The notes below the pieces were generated by a model. The model saw only the letters and a list, made by a program, of their open reading frames with translations, was not told where the DNA came from and made no database searches. The position numbers were made by a program, and so were the translations under genes. Below are positions 41,112-52,000 of a stretch of 64,000 nt of DNA, one piece after another. Source of the DNA: Methanothrix sp. (GTDB taxonomy: Archaea; Halobacteriota; Methanosarcinia; Methanotrichales; Methanotrichaceae); the NCBI GenBank assembly GCA_963682135.1, contig OY821645.1:1216001-1280000 (forward strand), in the 5' to 3' direction. The number at the start of each line of letters is the position of its first letter. Position 1 is the stretch's first letter.

Positions 41112-41540
41112 ATGATCACCGTTTACTTCGACGGGCTGTGCTATCCCAAGAATCCCGGCGGGGTGGCCGCTTATGGCTATCTTGTCTACAAGGATAGCGA
41201 GCCGATCTGGCGCGGATTTGGCGGCGTGGGTGAGGGCAAAGGCATGACCAACAACGTGGCTGAGTATGAGGCGCTTATGGCAGCCGCTCAGTGGCTGGTC
41301 GATGAGGAGATCGAGGATAAGATCCTCATCAAAGGCGACTCTGAGCTGGTAATCAAACAGATGAAGGGCCAGTACAAAGTCTCTTCCGCCACCTCCAAGA
41401 AATATGTGCCCGAGATCAAGAGACTTCTGCAAGGAAAGGACGTCAGCTTCTCCTGGGTGCCGAGAGAGGAAAACGAGGAAGCGGACAAGCTCTCCCGGAT
41501 GGGTTACGAGAGCTACCTGCGCCGGAAAAGAGATAAGTAA
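41112..41540 (+). CDS. rnhA: Ribonuclease HI
   Basis: VYFDG..NPG, TNNVAEYEAL, GDSELVIKQM, WVPREENEEADKL. Confidence 0.93.
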   Translation: MITVYFDGLCYPKNPGGVAAYGYLVYKDSEPIWRGFGGVGEGKGMTNNVAEYEALMAAAQWLVDEEIEDKILIKGDSELVIKQMKGQYKVSSATSKKYVPEIKRLLQGKDVSFSWVPREENEEADKLSRMGYESYLRRKRDK

Positions 41541-41656
41541 CTCGCCTCAGGTGAGCGCATTCACACACAACAGCGCGTCCATCTGCGCTCGCGCGCCCTA
41601 CCGCGGGTACGGGGACTCAACGGGCAGGCCAGGGACACAATTAGAGCCACTGGCTA

Positions 41657-42367
41657 CTACTCATTTCTGCTTGTCTTCGTGCACAGATAGAGCGCAAAGA
41701 ATCCATGGCTTTGCTTCGCTTGTTCTATCTCAAAGCCCGCCCTCTCGATCATGCCCTGCATAATCCAGTCCATGGTGGAGTACTCCTTCTTTACATGATC
41801 AGAGATGCTGCTGGAAAAATTGGTCCCGGCCTTCTCTGCAGCCTTCGAGATAAAATCATCCAGGAATTTTTCGTGGCTTCTGGGATCAAAGGAGAAGACC
41901 ACATCCCGCAGGCAGAGCTTGCCGCCATCTGCCAGCAAGTCTGCCATTCGCAAGAGCGCGATCTGTTTCCAAAAGTCAGGAAGATGATGCAGAGCAATCT
42001 GACTGACGATGCCGTCCAGCGGCTCGCCCTCATGGCGGTAGGTGAGAAATCCGCCCGACAGAAATTCAACATTAGCAACGCCACGCGCCCCGGCCTTCTT
42101 CTCGGCATAGCGCAGCATGCCTGCCGAGAGGTCTACGGCGTAGACTTTGCGACAGCTACGGGCGGCGGCCAGGGCGAACTCGCCTGTGCCCGTGCCTATC
42201 TCCAGGATGCTCTGATCGGAACGCAAGTCGAGGAAGTTCAGGATCTCATCGATCTCGCCCTGAACATCTCGAAACTTTTGCATATTGCGGTCGTAAATCT
42301 CTGCCAGGGCGTCGAAGTCGGCGCCGGGGTGGTCGGGTTCGTGGTACTGCCAATCGGGGGAGGACAT
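41657..42367 (-). CDS. Class I SAM-dependent methyltransferase
   Basis: ILEIGTGTG, AVDLS..ML, ALHHLPD. Confidence 0.9.
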   Translation of the reverse strand: MSSPDWQYHEPDHPGADFDALAEIYDRNMQKFRDVQGEIDEILNFLDLRSDQSILEIGTGTGEFALAAARSCRKVYAVDLSAGMLRYAEKKAGARGVANVEFLSGGFLTYRHEGEPLDGIVSQIALHHLPDFWKQIALLRMADLLADGGKLCLRDVVFSFDPRSHEKFLDDFISKAAEKAGTNFSSSISDHVKKEYSTMDWIMQGMIERAGFEIEQAKQSHGFFALYLCTKTSRNE

Positions 42368-42477
42368 TTTTCTAAATCTCCATTGTATTTTTCACCATTA
42401 CTTTTGCGGATGGCATCAGGTCAATAAATTCTAGGATTCCCTAGACTCCATAGATTTAAATCATATTTATCCCGCGA

Positions 42478-43038
42478 TCAACGCACTCCAATCCAATCTT
42501 TGGTCTCAATCACCCTGGCAAAGCGCATCGCCTGGGTCACCATCACCGCACGATGCAGATCCGGGGCCGAGATAGCTCCCGCGCTGTTCTGCACAGCCAG
42601 AGTTCCTATGGCATCGGAGAGAAAGTCCACATGAAAACCCAGATGAAAAGCCTGGCGCGCCGTCGTATCGCAGCACATCTGCGCCAGGTAGCCGCAGATG
42701 GCAACCCTTCCCGCGCCCGCCTCCCGCAGCCACTTCTCCAGCCCAGTTCCCGTGAAGCTGCCCGGCAGGCTCTTTTCAATCAGAATATCGCGCCTCCTAA
42801 GCTCAATTTCCGGGTGCAGTTTCCATCCCTCGCTGCCTCTTCGAAAAGTCGGCGAGTCCTTACCGGCTGCACTGTGCTGGATGATGGCTACGGGCACACC
42901 CGCGCTGGCGGCATAGTCCATCGCCTTCAAAATATTGTTGAGACTGCCTTCCGGAAAGGTCACGGGCAGACGGCCTGTGAAGTATTCGTTCTGCACATCG
43001 ATGACCAGCAATGCCTCATTAACCTCAGTCGTTGTCAT
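42478..43038 (-). CDS. Isochorismatase/cysteine hydrolase family protein
   Basis: ALLVIDVQNEY, EKSLPGSF.GT, QMCCDTTAR. Confidence 0.9.
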   Translation of the reverse strand: MTTTEVNEALLVIDVQNEYFTGRLPVTFPEGSLNNILKAMDYAASAGVPVAIIQHSAAGKDSPTFRRGSEGWKLHPEIELRRRDILIEKSLPGSFTGTGLEKWLREAGAGRVAICGYLAQMCCDTTARQAFHLGFHVDFLSDAIGTLAVQNSAGAISAPDLHRAVMVTQAMRFARVIETKDWIGVR

Positions 43039-43528
43039 GACCCATCCATCCTTTGAAATTCTCTTTTTCCAACTCCATCTCCTGGAAATCCACCACAATA
43101 CCGTTAACCTCTTTGCGGTACTCTCCAGTATCCTTAAAGCCGCAATGCAAATAGAGCTTTCTGGCGCGAAGATTGCTCCTTCGCACTATGAGATAGATTC
43201 TCTTTAGCCCGAGCTGCTCGAATCCATTCCTTATCGTCATTCGGGCGAGCTTCTCCCCTGCACCCTGCCCCAGGATATGCGGATGAAGCGCAATGCGAAA
43301 CTCGGCTCGGCTGCTCTTGCCGTCTGCATCATCTATTGAGAGAATTGTAAAGCCGATCAAAACGCCCCGCTCCTCGGCAACGTAAATCGTGGCTCCTTCC
43401 TTTCCGAGGTATTCGCTTATCCATCCAGCCTCACGCAGGGCATAATCAAGATCCTTGAACTCCTCCGGATAGACTGGCCAGCTTTGGATGACGGAAACAT
43501 CCTGCTCGACAATTTCCCTGAGAATCAT
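43025..43528 (-). CDS. GNAT family N-acetyltransferase
   Basis: LGQGAG, VRRSNLRARKLYLHCGF. Confidence 0.85.
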   Translation of the reverse strand: MILREIVEQDVSVIQSWPVYPEEFKDLDYALREAGWISEYLGKEGATIYVAEERGVLIGFTILSIDDADGKSSRAEFRIALHPHILGQGAGEKLARMTIRNGFEQLGLKRIYLIVRRSNLRARKLYLHCGFKDTGEYRKEVNGIVVDFQEMELEKENFKGWMGHDND

Positions 43529-43696
43529 CGTTCTCGTCCATGGAGAGCTGCCAATTAAAAGAGTTGGCTTGCCTAATGCAGATAGGTGAGAGATCCGCCA
43601 TGCGGGAACTCGGCGTTAACCACGCAGAGCGCCTGGGCCTTCTTTTCTGCATGGCACAGCTTGCCAGCAGAGAGTGCCACTGCTTGTACATGTGGC

Positions 43697-46600
43697 TCAA
43701 CGAAAAATCTCCCCTAAACGATAAGTGAGTCGTCGGGCACTGGGCCAACCAGCTTGGACAAAAACATCAAGAATCTCGACCAGGATTATTCTGCATTTCT
43801 CGTCTTCACTTAGAAGTGTCCGGTATTCTGCCAAATAGCGCTCGACGAGCTTGACCACGAGATCGACAGCTAAAGACTCGTGTTGGTACCCTGCCTGCTT
43901 ACCTGAGCGAACAACTCGGCCGATACGAAGAAACACTTCATGGGGTTCTAGCGGGATAAAAAATCCTAACGTTTCAAGTAGACGATGCGCAACGCTTGGT
44001 ATGCTCACATCGGCGAGTTCGTCGAAGATCGTGCTTGCTTCTCGATAAAAACGTTCTGATTCGGGTTTTATGGTGCGAACTGTTCCCGGCTGTCCATTGC
44101 GCTCACGATCATATGCACCAGAAGCAAAATAAAATTCGCTTCCAAGACTATCCATGAGTCTCACGAATGATTTGGCCCTATCTTTGTCGTGCTGGGACCA
44201 TTCGTTGAACGTAATCATTTTGTTTTGTTTCTCAAGCTCCTGCAGATTTTCGCGCCCGGAACGCAGGAGAGTTGCAAGCAATTCGAAGGCACGCATGCGA
44301 ATGGCTTCAGCATCTGGATCATAGCGATTCGTAGGCCCGTGCGTTAGCGGCTCGCGTAAGTTCATTAAGACACGGTGCGCCTCATCAGGGTATGTAGCGG
44401 GATTGGAGGCAATTCCTCGAACGATTTCACTGCAGGGGAAATGACCACGCCAAATGCAGAGACCTGAAAAGATGTTCACGCATTGCCCCCTAACCTCAGT
44501 AGCACCAGGTCCCTCCTTTACACGGTCGAAGATCGCTTTTGTAAGACCTACAATTCGATCCGGTTCAACATCTGCAAGCCTGCCAATCGGTCCACCTAGG
44601 AGTCCACAAAGAACTCCTCTGCTTAGTTCGTCACAGCACATGCTCTCAATGATTTGCCACATAGATTCCCGTGCCGTTTGATAAAGGGCATTTGTGTAGG
44701 ATGCTATCTGAAAACGCACTGCAGGAACGGGATCTTTGCTTAACCGCTCAATTGCGTCTAGAACATCGGAACTTGCACAGGTCGGGTTACGAGCAAGCAC
44801 AACCAGCCCCTTTGCCGCCTCAATTCGTGGTGCTGGAAATCCCCACGAAGGATATTGGTCAAACTGATCTTTGCCTTCCGGATTCAAGGTGGGTTCGAGA
44901 TAATGACTAGCTTCGAGAAGAACTCTTTTTATCAATGCGCATATCTCATCGTCATTTGAGGGCATCTCAATTTTTGCGATGCAGGCACATGCGTCTGTAA
45001 GATATCCCCAACCAAAGTCTCGCTGCTTTGAATGAATCCAATCAGCATCGGCGCTTGAGAGAGCGCTATGAAGCTCTCGAAGAGCCGAGTGTATATTGTG
45101 TACTTCCTCTAATGTGGGATCTGAATTGCGGTGCTCGTCCACAAACACCTTGACTGGACGCTCCAATTCTCGGATCTTTCGGTTCACCTCTGCTTCGACT
45201 GGCGCACCTATGTCCGCTGGATATTCCTCCTCACCGTAAGGCACGTCCATTACCCCACCGAAACTCACCATCGGCTCATTAGCCGGGACTGCATTTTTGC
45301 TCCTCAGCTCCTCAAGTATGTGCCATGCCTCTGCGGTGACGATGCTCTCATTTTCCAGGCATCCGAGGAGGCGATTTCGTATGCGTTCGCCTGCCTCTAT
45401 ATGTACAGTCTCTGGGATTCTCAGAATCGCCTGCTCGATATGCTTGCGCTCCTGGCGGTCCAAAGTAGGAAAGATGACATTGAGAAACTCACCGACCTGC
45501 GTTGTTGTATCATAACCAGTGAGGATCGGCATAGTCCAGCTGAGTTGAAGGATTTCTCTGCCGAGTGTGCTCGGGAAGCGACTGCCCATGATAAGGAGAC
45601 GCCTCCAGAGAACTGCTAGGCGGTTTTCAGAGGCTATTATTTGGACCAGTACGCGAAGTTGTTCAATACGGTCATGTTTCTTTGCAAGTTCCTCAAGATA
45701 TCGCTGAAACTCGTTGAGCATCTGGAGGGGCTTATGATGACCGTAGACACTATGGTCCCAGATAGTGCTGTAATCCTTGAGGAGACGTGCCTGGATACCA
45801 TTGAAGTCGAATACCACTTCATGCCCTTCAACCGAAGACATTGAGTGATCATGGGCCACATATGCTTCCATCACTGCGATGAGAGCATGGGTCGCCTTTT
45901 CTGGTGCGCACTCTAGAAATTGCGGAAAAACTTCCGCGAGCTTGTATAGCGCCATATCATAGTCTTGCCGACGATTAGAGGTCAACGGCAGGATACGACT
46001 CTGACCGATGGGTGTTGTCTCATTTGAGGTTTCATGGTGGCTAAAGGTTGCGCGGTAAATCTCCTCGACTAGCTGCGGATCAAGGGAAATTAACAGCTTG
46101 ACCTCTTCGGCCAGAAACGGTATCTCTTCGAATCCAAACTGCGAAAGGTGTAGGGGCTCCAGGCATTGCCGAATCAGCCTGGCCGATGAGCCAGGATTGC
46201 TCTCAAAAGTACGGCAGACACATTGCAGGGCATTGATTACTAGCCGTCGGTCTCTAGGCATCTGAGACCATGCAAATTCGAAAAGCTGACGCGCGGTCTG
46301 CCCGGCCGCAATACGTTGTTCAGGAGGGAGATCTTCAGTGTGCTCGCTGATGATTGTTAGAAGAGACTGAACCGTGTAAGCCACATGCAGGCAGAGGCTC
46401 CTGCTAACGCACTCGATGAATTCACACCAGGGACCTGCATCGCTCCCAACGAGTCGTTTTTCATTGTGGGTGACTTCTGATAGTGCCCCAAAAAGGTGCC
46501 ACAGCACTTGCTCAGAAGTGCTTTTGGTCTCTACATGTGGATTATTCAGAGCCGAAAACAACGGCTCAAGATCGGACAGCGCTCTGACCAATTCCGCTGC

Positions 46601-48676
46601 CACGGAGGGACCGATCAGCTTACCAATCTCAGGTATACCGGCTGCCCGATTGACTCGAAATACGAGATCCCAAAACTGTGGGATGCCAATATTCCACAAG
46701 TGACGGAAGTGTAGCATGAGACTGGGCCGAATCACGATCACCAGGTCTGGGTCGTCAAGAAGGCGATGTACCACTCGCTCAGCACTACCACGCAGAAGTA
46801 GTCTTGCGACCGCGTAATCGAAGAGAATGTTGTGCCCAAACGCTAGGATATCGCGGTCTGGTGATCTTATCGGTGATGACTGCCACTCGATGAGGACTTG
46901 CATGCTGAGAAGATCCCGAAGCAGGCCACTGGTATCCGTGCGTGCCACAGCAAATCGGTCAACATGGAGTGCACGTTTTGCAACCATCTTTTCGCATACT
47001 TCCCTCAGAACAGCTTCACGGGCGTCCCCCTGCGTGTCATCGTTTGAATGGATCACTCTACGCAACCAATATTGGTCCAGTAATCCGAGCTGCGTTCTAA
47101 TCGGCAATAATTCGTTGTAGCTATCACCAGTGCCAAGTAATTCAGCTCCGAGCTGTAGGTTGAATGGTACACTCAGAAGATTATATAATTCGGTGGGCGC
47201 GCTCTTGATAAGTGCATAGAGCTCGGAAGACTGGGAGGAGATTTGATTAATTTCATCCACAGAGAGACAGGGGATGTTCAGATGACGAACATGGCTGAAC
47301 TCAGCGTCCTGGAACTCCGACAGTGGATCTCCAACGAAGAGCGACTTGATCTCTTCGCCGTAACGCAGATCGAACTTGCGAATGGAGGCTATTACGTGCC
47401 AGCGCCCGTTTCTTTCGACAATCCGGCGGATTAGATCCCTAATCATTCTCCCGGCAGGATCCACACGGGCAGTGTCCAGAGCATCAATGACAAGGAAGGC
47501 AGGTTGTAGTCCCGGCCAATTGTCAAGCACCTCAATTAATTCGTGATTCAGACCAATCTCACCCCGAAGGCCACCAAGACTCCGTGCGTCGAGGCGATCG
47601 ACCGCAAGGAAGATGTAATCTCGTACCTGCTCCTTTAGGGTCTCAACGAAATCATGCAATGCGCCGGACTTTCCGGCACCAGGTTCTCCGACTACAAGAA
47701 TCGACTTCTCTTCGACTGCCAGTTTCAGCACTTCAGTGCAGTGACGCCTAATTTTTACCTCTGTGGAGCCAACGCGAATTCTCGCCAGATGAGCGAGCGA
47801 TTCGAAAATTGACTCTGAGTGCTCCTTGAGTCTTTCAATATCATGGCGGTAGCTTCGGACAGTTTGGAGTTCGATCCCTGCATCTAGGAGTTCTCGCTGG
47901 AGATTCTTTCGATCGGTTTCTGACCGGTGCACCGCAAAGCCTGCACATAAGCTGATGAGTTGTGACCATGCTACGTCAGCCTTTTCTGGGTCACGTAATA
48001 CGGCAGTGCGTAGGAGATTTTTCGCTTCGTTTTCATTGGTACATCCTTCATCCAGGTCAAGTACCTGCACATGGATTAAAGATAGGAATTGCCGGAACTC
48101 ATCGTCAGAAGGATCTGCACCTGAAGCATTTTGCCAAGATCTAGCCACATGCGTCTTCACAACCGAGAGAACATCATGGTCCTTGTAGTTTCTTTCGGCT
48201 TTATCCATTGAATGGTTTGAGAGGAGGTGTCGCACCCGACCAAGTACCTCTTTAAAGTGAAGCCGGATTTTCTCTGAGCTGGTAGGTGAAGTGACAATAA
48301 CGAGGCGATCCTTTTCAGGATCGAGGGGCCGGTCCAAAGCCTGCGTCCCCGTGGTTTTGCTCTGGCGAACGATGAACTGACGAACAAACTGGTCGAGGAC
48401 GGAGGCCAGATCCGATTTGTCCCCCTTCAAAAGCTTAAGTGTTCGCTTGCATTGGACAAACAGTAATCTGTTATCCGAGGTCCCTATCTGCAGATCATCT
48501 ACCGGCTGTTTGGTCTCGCATTGAAGCCACTCGAGAGTCGTCTCTGCTGAGAGATTCCAAGGAGCGGTTGCATCTTTTTCGGCCAGAATGTAGACGGTTG
48601 CCCAAGCTGCTACGCGGTGTTGAAAGTCCATGCCGCCTGCTGTGGCTGCTCCTCCGGCTACGGCTTTTACCTTCAT
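43697..48676 (-). CDS. Avs-like NLR: N-terminal Cap4-like PD-(D/E)XK nuclease, STAND/NACHT ATPase, long helical sensor region
   Basis: GMDFQ...ET..PVDDL...FVQCK; Walker A GEPGAGKSG; Walker B FLVIDALD; VIASIR; PFNL; ~1000-aa helical C-terminus. Confidence 0.8.
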   Translation of the reverse strand: MKVKAVAGGAATAGGMDFQHRVAAWATVYILAEKDATAPWNLSAETTLEWLQCETKQPVDDLQIGTSDNRLLFVQCKRTLKLLKGDKSDLASVLDQFVRQFIVRQSKTTGTQALDRPLDPEKDRLVIVTSPTSSEKIRLHFKEVLGRVRHLLSNHSMDKAERNYKDHDVLSVVKTHVARSWQNASGADPSDDEFRQFLSLIHVQVLDLDEGCTNENEAKNLLRTAVLRDPEKADVAWSQLISLCAGFAVHRSETDRKNLQRELLDAGIELQTVRSYRHDIERLKEHSESIFESLAHLARIRVGSTEVKIRRHCTEVLKLAVEEKSILVVGEPGAGKSGALHDFVETLKEQVRDYIFLAVDRLDARSLGGLRGEIGLNHELIEVLDNWPGLQPAFLVIDALDTARVDPAGRMIRDLIRRIVERNGRWHVIASIRKFDLRYGEEIKSLFVGDPLSEFQDAEFSHVRHLNIPCLSVDEINQISSQSSELYALIKSAPTELYNLLSVPFNLQLGAELLGTGDSYNELLPIRTQLGLLDQYWLRRVIHSNDDTQGDAREAVLREVCEKMVAKRALHVDRFAVARTDTSGLLRDLLSMQVLIEWQSSPIRSPDRDILAFGHNILFDYAVARLLLRGSAERVVHRLLDDPDLVIVIRPSLMLHFRHLWNIGIPQFWDLVFRVNRAAGIPEIGKLIGPSVAAELVRALSDLEPLFSALNNPHVETKSTSEQVLWHLFGALSEVTHNEKRLVGSDAGPWCEFIECVSRSLCLHVAYTVQSLLTIISEHTEDLPPEQRIAAGQTARQLFEFAWSQMPRDRRLVINALQCVCRTFESNPGSSARLIRQCLEPLHLSQFGFEEIPFLAEEVKLLISLDPQLVEEIYRATFSHHETSNETTPIGQSRILPLTSNRRQDYDMALYKLAEVFPQFLECAPEKATHALIAVMEAYVAHDHSMSSVEGHEVVFDFNGIQARLLKDYSTIWDHSVYGHHKPLQMLNEFQRYLEELAKKHDRIEQLRVLVQIIASENRLAVLWRRLLIMGSRFPSTLGREILQLSWTMPILTGYDTTTQVGEFLNVIFPTLDRQERKHIEQAILRIPETVHIEAGERIRNRLLGCLENESIVTAEAWHILEELRSKNAVPANEPMVSFGGVMDVPYGEEEYPADIGAPVEAEVNRKIRELERPVKVFVDEHRNSDPTLEEVHNIHSALRELHSALSSADADWIHSKQRDFGWGYLTDACACIAKIEMPSNDDEICALIKRVLLEASHYLEPTLNPEGKDQFDQYPSWGFPAPRIEAAKGLVVLARNPTCASSDVLDAIERLSKDPVPAVRFQIASYTNALYQTARESMWQIIESMCCDELSRGVLCGLLGGPIGRLADVEPDRIVGLTKAIFDRVKEGPGATEVRGQCVNIFSGLCIWRGHFPCSEIVRGIASNPATYPDEAHRVLMNLREPLTHGPTNRYDPDAEAIRMRAFELLATLLRSGRENLQELEKQNKMITFNEWSQHDKDRAKSFVRLMDSLGSEFYFASGAYDRERNGQPGTVRTIKPESERFYREASTIFDELADVSIPSVAHRLLETLGFFIPLEPHEVFLRIGRVVRSGKQAGYQHESLAVDLVVKLVERYLAEYRTLLSEDEKCRIILVEILDVFVQAGWPSARRLTYRLGEIFR

Positions 48677-49010
48677 GGGTCACACACCACTTTGTTCAAA
48701 ACTCGTAGACATGAGACGAATTCGCTTATCTTAAAACGCAGAAACCACACCTGCAAGAACTCACCTTCTGTTCAGAAGTGGCGTCTCCAGCCGCAATAGC
48801 ATCTGATGTGGTCGATCCAGAAGCATCACCTTTCCACGGACAGGTAAGACGCTCGATGGCGGCACGGGCTCGCCCTCCCAAGTGGTCTCTACAGGATAAA
48901 GGGTCTCATCGATTCGCATCTTATACCCACATTGCAGCTTTCGGATTTAAGGAACTATAGTATAATACAATCATAAATATAATGCACTTATAAAGATCTA
49001 AAGATCGATT

Positions 49011-52000
49011 TCACTTGGATCTCAAGGCCTCTTCAAGCTCGGTGATCAGATTTTGTGTTTCCTGTACTTCTTTGGCCTCGGCCGGTCCGCAAGCCTCGAA
49101 CTTTTCCCGGGCTGACATGGCATATTCCAGGGCATCGGATAGCCGACCGGCGTTCTTAAGGCACAAGGCTACATTGCGGCGAAATCTTGCCATAGCGTAA
49201 AGATCACTTAACTCATCTGCATAGCGAATGGCCTCCTGGAAGTTTCTCAGAGCCTCGTCGAACATGCCGGCATAATAATAAACACTGCCTAGTCCATTAT
49301 TGATAGTTGCTAGATCATCCACAGCATTCTCCGGCAGTATCTTCAAGGCTTGTTGGTAAAACTGCCGTGCAGCCTCAATATGCTTGCCTTCGGGTTTGCC
49401 TGCAGTTTGAGTATCCAAAAAGCGCTCACAAGCCAACCTCCCCATTAAGGTAAGGCCCTTACTGCGACCTAGCCAGTCGGACTTGATGATCATATCCAGG
49501 TAGCTCAGACACCAATATTCAGCCTTATCCAGATTACGGATTCCAGCCATATCCATGTACATATTACCAAGCCTCATGGATATAACTGCAGTCTCCTGCC
49601 TGAAACCATGCGCTTCACTCTTTTCGATAGCCTCCTCATAACTCTGAACGCATTTCGTATCGCCTATTTCGTTTTGAATTTCAGCCAAATCGGATAATAA
49701 GATAATATAATTCCGGATAACGTTTCGACCTCTCTCATCCGTCTTATGAGGGGCAGCGACTAGGGCCGGTCCATCCTTTTTCCAAGCCCATTCTATGGAT
49801 TTTTTCTGTATTCTCAATGCCTCATCCCATTGACGATACTTGATGGCTAGTTTTACTCGATAGTCAGAGACTACGCTCCACTCCTTCTCCCGGCCTGCAA
49901 TGGGGCCATCCGTTTTCAGGTCCACACATAATGGCACGATCTCCTCGACCAAGTGTCTCCACTCCATCCACTGTCCAGTCTGATTGTAGAAATGAAGTAG
50001 GCCTTGCATGGTAAAAACGACTGCGTCCCACCATCCTTTTTTCAATGCCATCTGCCGGGCAAAGCGCAAATTAGCCTCATCATCAGCCAAAGCTGACACG
50101 ACATCTGTATGACCAACCTCATATTCCTGCTTATGGATGCCCCCCATAAGACCTACAGCCATCACGAAGGCCCTGGCAACCTCGTCTTCCCGGCCTTTGA
50201 AGTACTTTTGGAATAGATCCCGGAAGAACCAGGGCAATGCAGGATGAATACGGTATACTCTCTCGTCAAATCTGGTGAGGATTCCCACCTCCTTGGCCCT
50301 GTCCAGGAACTTAATACCAGTCTCGTAATCAAGCCCTCGTACCTCTTCCAGAGAGAAAGAATTATAGCCCATGAGCATTAATACACCCACATCCACGTAC
50401 CCCTGGAAGAAGCTGAGCAGCGCCAGGATACGCCTTTCCTTTTCGTCAAAGGCATTTTCCGACCCGTAGCGAAGCGATGCCCCCAGGGACCTGGACCGGC
50501 CCTGGCTTTCATCATCCTCGATCTCCTTCTCTCCGGACCTCAGTTGCTCCACGAACCTTTCGATCTGCTCTTTTGTGCCCAGGCCCTCTCGCAAAACCTG
50601 ACCCACCAGGACAGTTATGGTCAGAGGGTTACCTTCAGTGTACCTCAGCAGCGGCCTCCAGTTTTCCACATCGATCATCCTGTGCCCCTGCTTGTCGGCT
50701 ATGGCTCGGGCCAGCTCCATCCTCTCAAACATAGGCATGGGCGGGACTGGAACTCTGCGAGGCAGATCGCCCAGCCACTCTCGCTCCTCTCGCCGAGACG
50801 TGAGCAGGAACTTGGCCCGGGTGTCTCTTGCCGCCCGCAGGAAGTTGGCAAGATCCTGTTGCTCCTCTGTGCTCCAGGCCGATTCAGTTCCTATGGGAAA
50901 GCCAGCCACCGTCTCGACGTTATCCCATATCCAGAGCACGGGTATTTGCTTCAGCACCTGTATGGCCAAAGACCGTCTCTGTTCGTCATCCAGGGTCAGC
51001 CAGTGGATGCCCTGCTCTTCCAGAGTCTTGCCAAATACCTGTCTAATCTTATCCAGCACACGAGACAGCGGCATATGCCTCTCGAAGGACGTGAACAGGA
51101 CCGGTCCATCCACACCGCCAGTCAGAGAATACCACCGGGCAAACTCAGCGGCAGTGGCAGTCTTGCCGTTGCCGGCATAAGCATGCAGTAGGACAATTTT
51201 ATAAGAGTCAAAGGCGCGATCGATGGCCATCAGCGTCTCGTCCCTGCCAAAGAAGCCTGTATCAGGACTGGTGGGCAGAGTTGGGTCCAAATAGCTCCGC
51301 TTAGGTATGGCCTCGTTCTCACGTATCTTGATCTCAAACATCTTTTCGCCTTTCTGTCGGGAGAAGAGGGCCAGAGTGCCGGCTTCAAAGACCACGGGCA
51401 CAGACCAGTCCAAAAGCTCACGTTCCCGGAAGGCTATCTCACGCTGTGGCTGGTCGTGAAGATGCTTTCTGCCCAGGTTTACCGCCTCTTCCAGAGTCCT
51501 GCCCTGCACCAGAGCATCATAAAGCTCGGCCACGAACTGGGCGGCAGTCACCACATAGACCACATACCTCATGGCCACCACTCCAGCCGAGCCAGAATGC
51601 ATCACCTCCTGGGCCAGGGAGCCGAAGGCTCTAACCCGCGAGTGAGCATCCATCTGCTTTGCATCCTCAGCGGATGCTGGCTCGTTGGAAGATTCGGTAT
51701 AAGCGGAACGGCATGCATTGAGCACCAGAATGGGGACCTCGGCCTCTCTCAGAAGGTTTCCGAGGCTAGTTCCATCCACCAGCTCCATGTTTTCCTTTTG
51801 ACGAGGATTCTCGAAGAGAAGATAGCCGCATGGACCGGGCCTTCGAGAGTCGAACGTGTTTCTGTTCACTCCGCCAAAGCCACTTGAACCGCCCAGATCT
51901 GCATAAGTTCCGTGGCCGTCAAAATGCAGCACATGATAGGGCTTGCCCTCGTCTTTGGCCTTTCTCAGTACCCGCCCCAATTGGTCGAAGGTGGGCGGAC

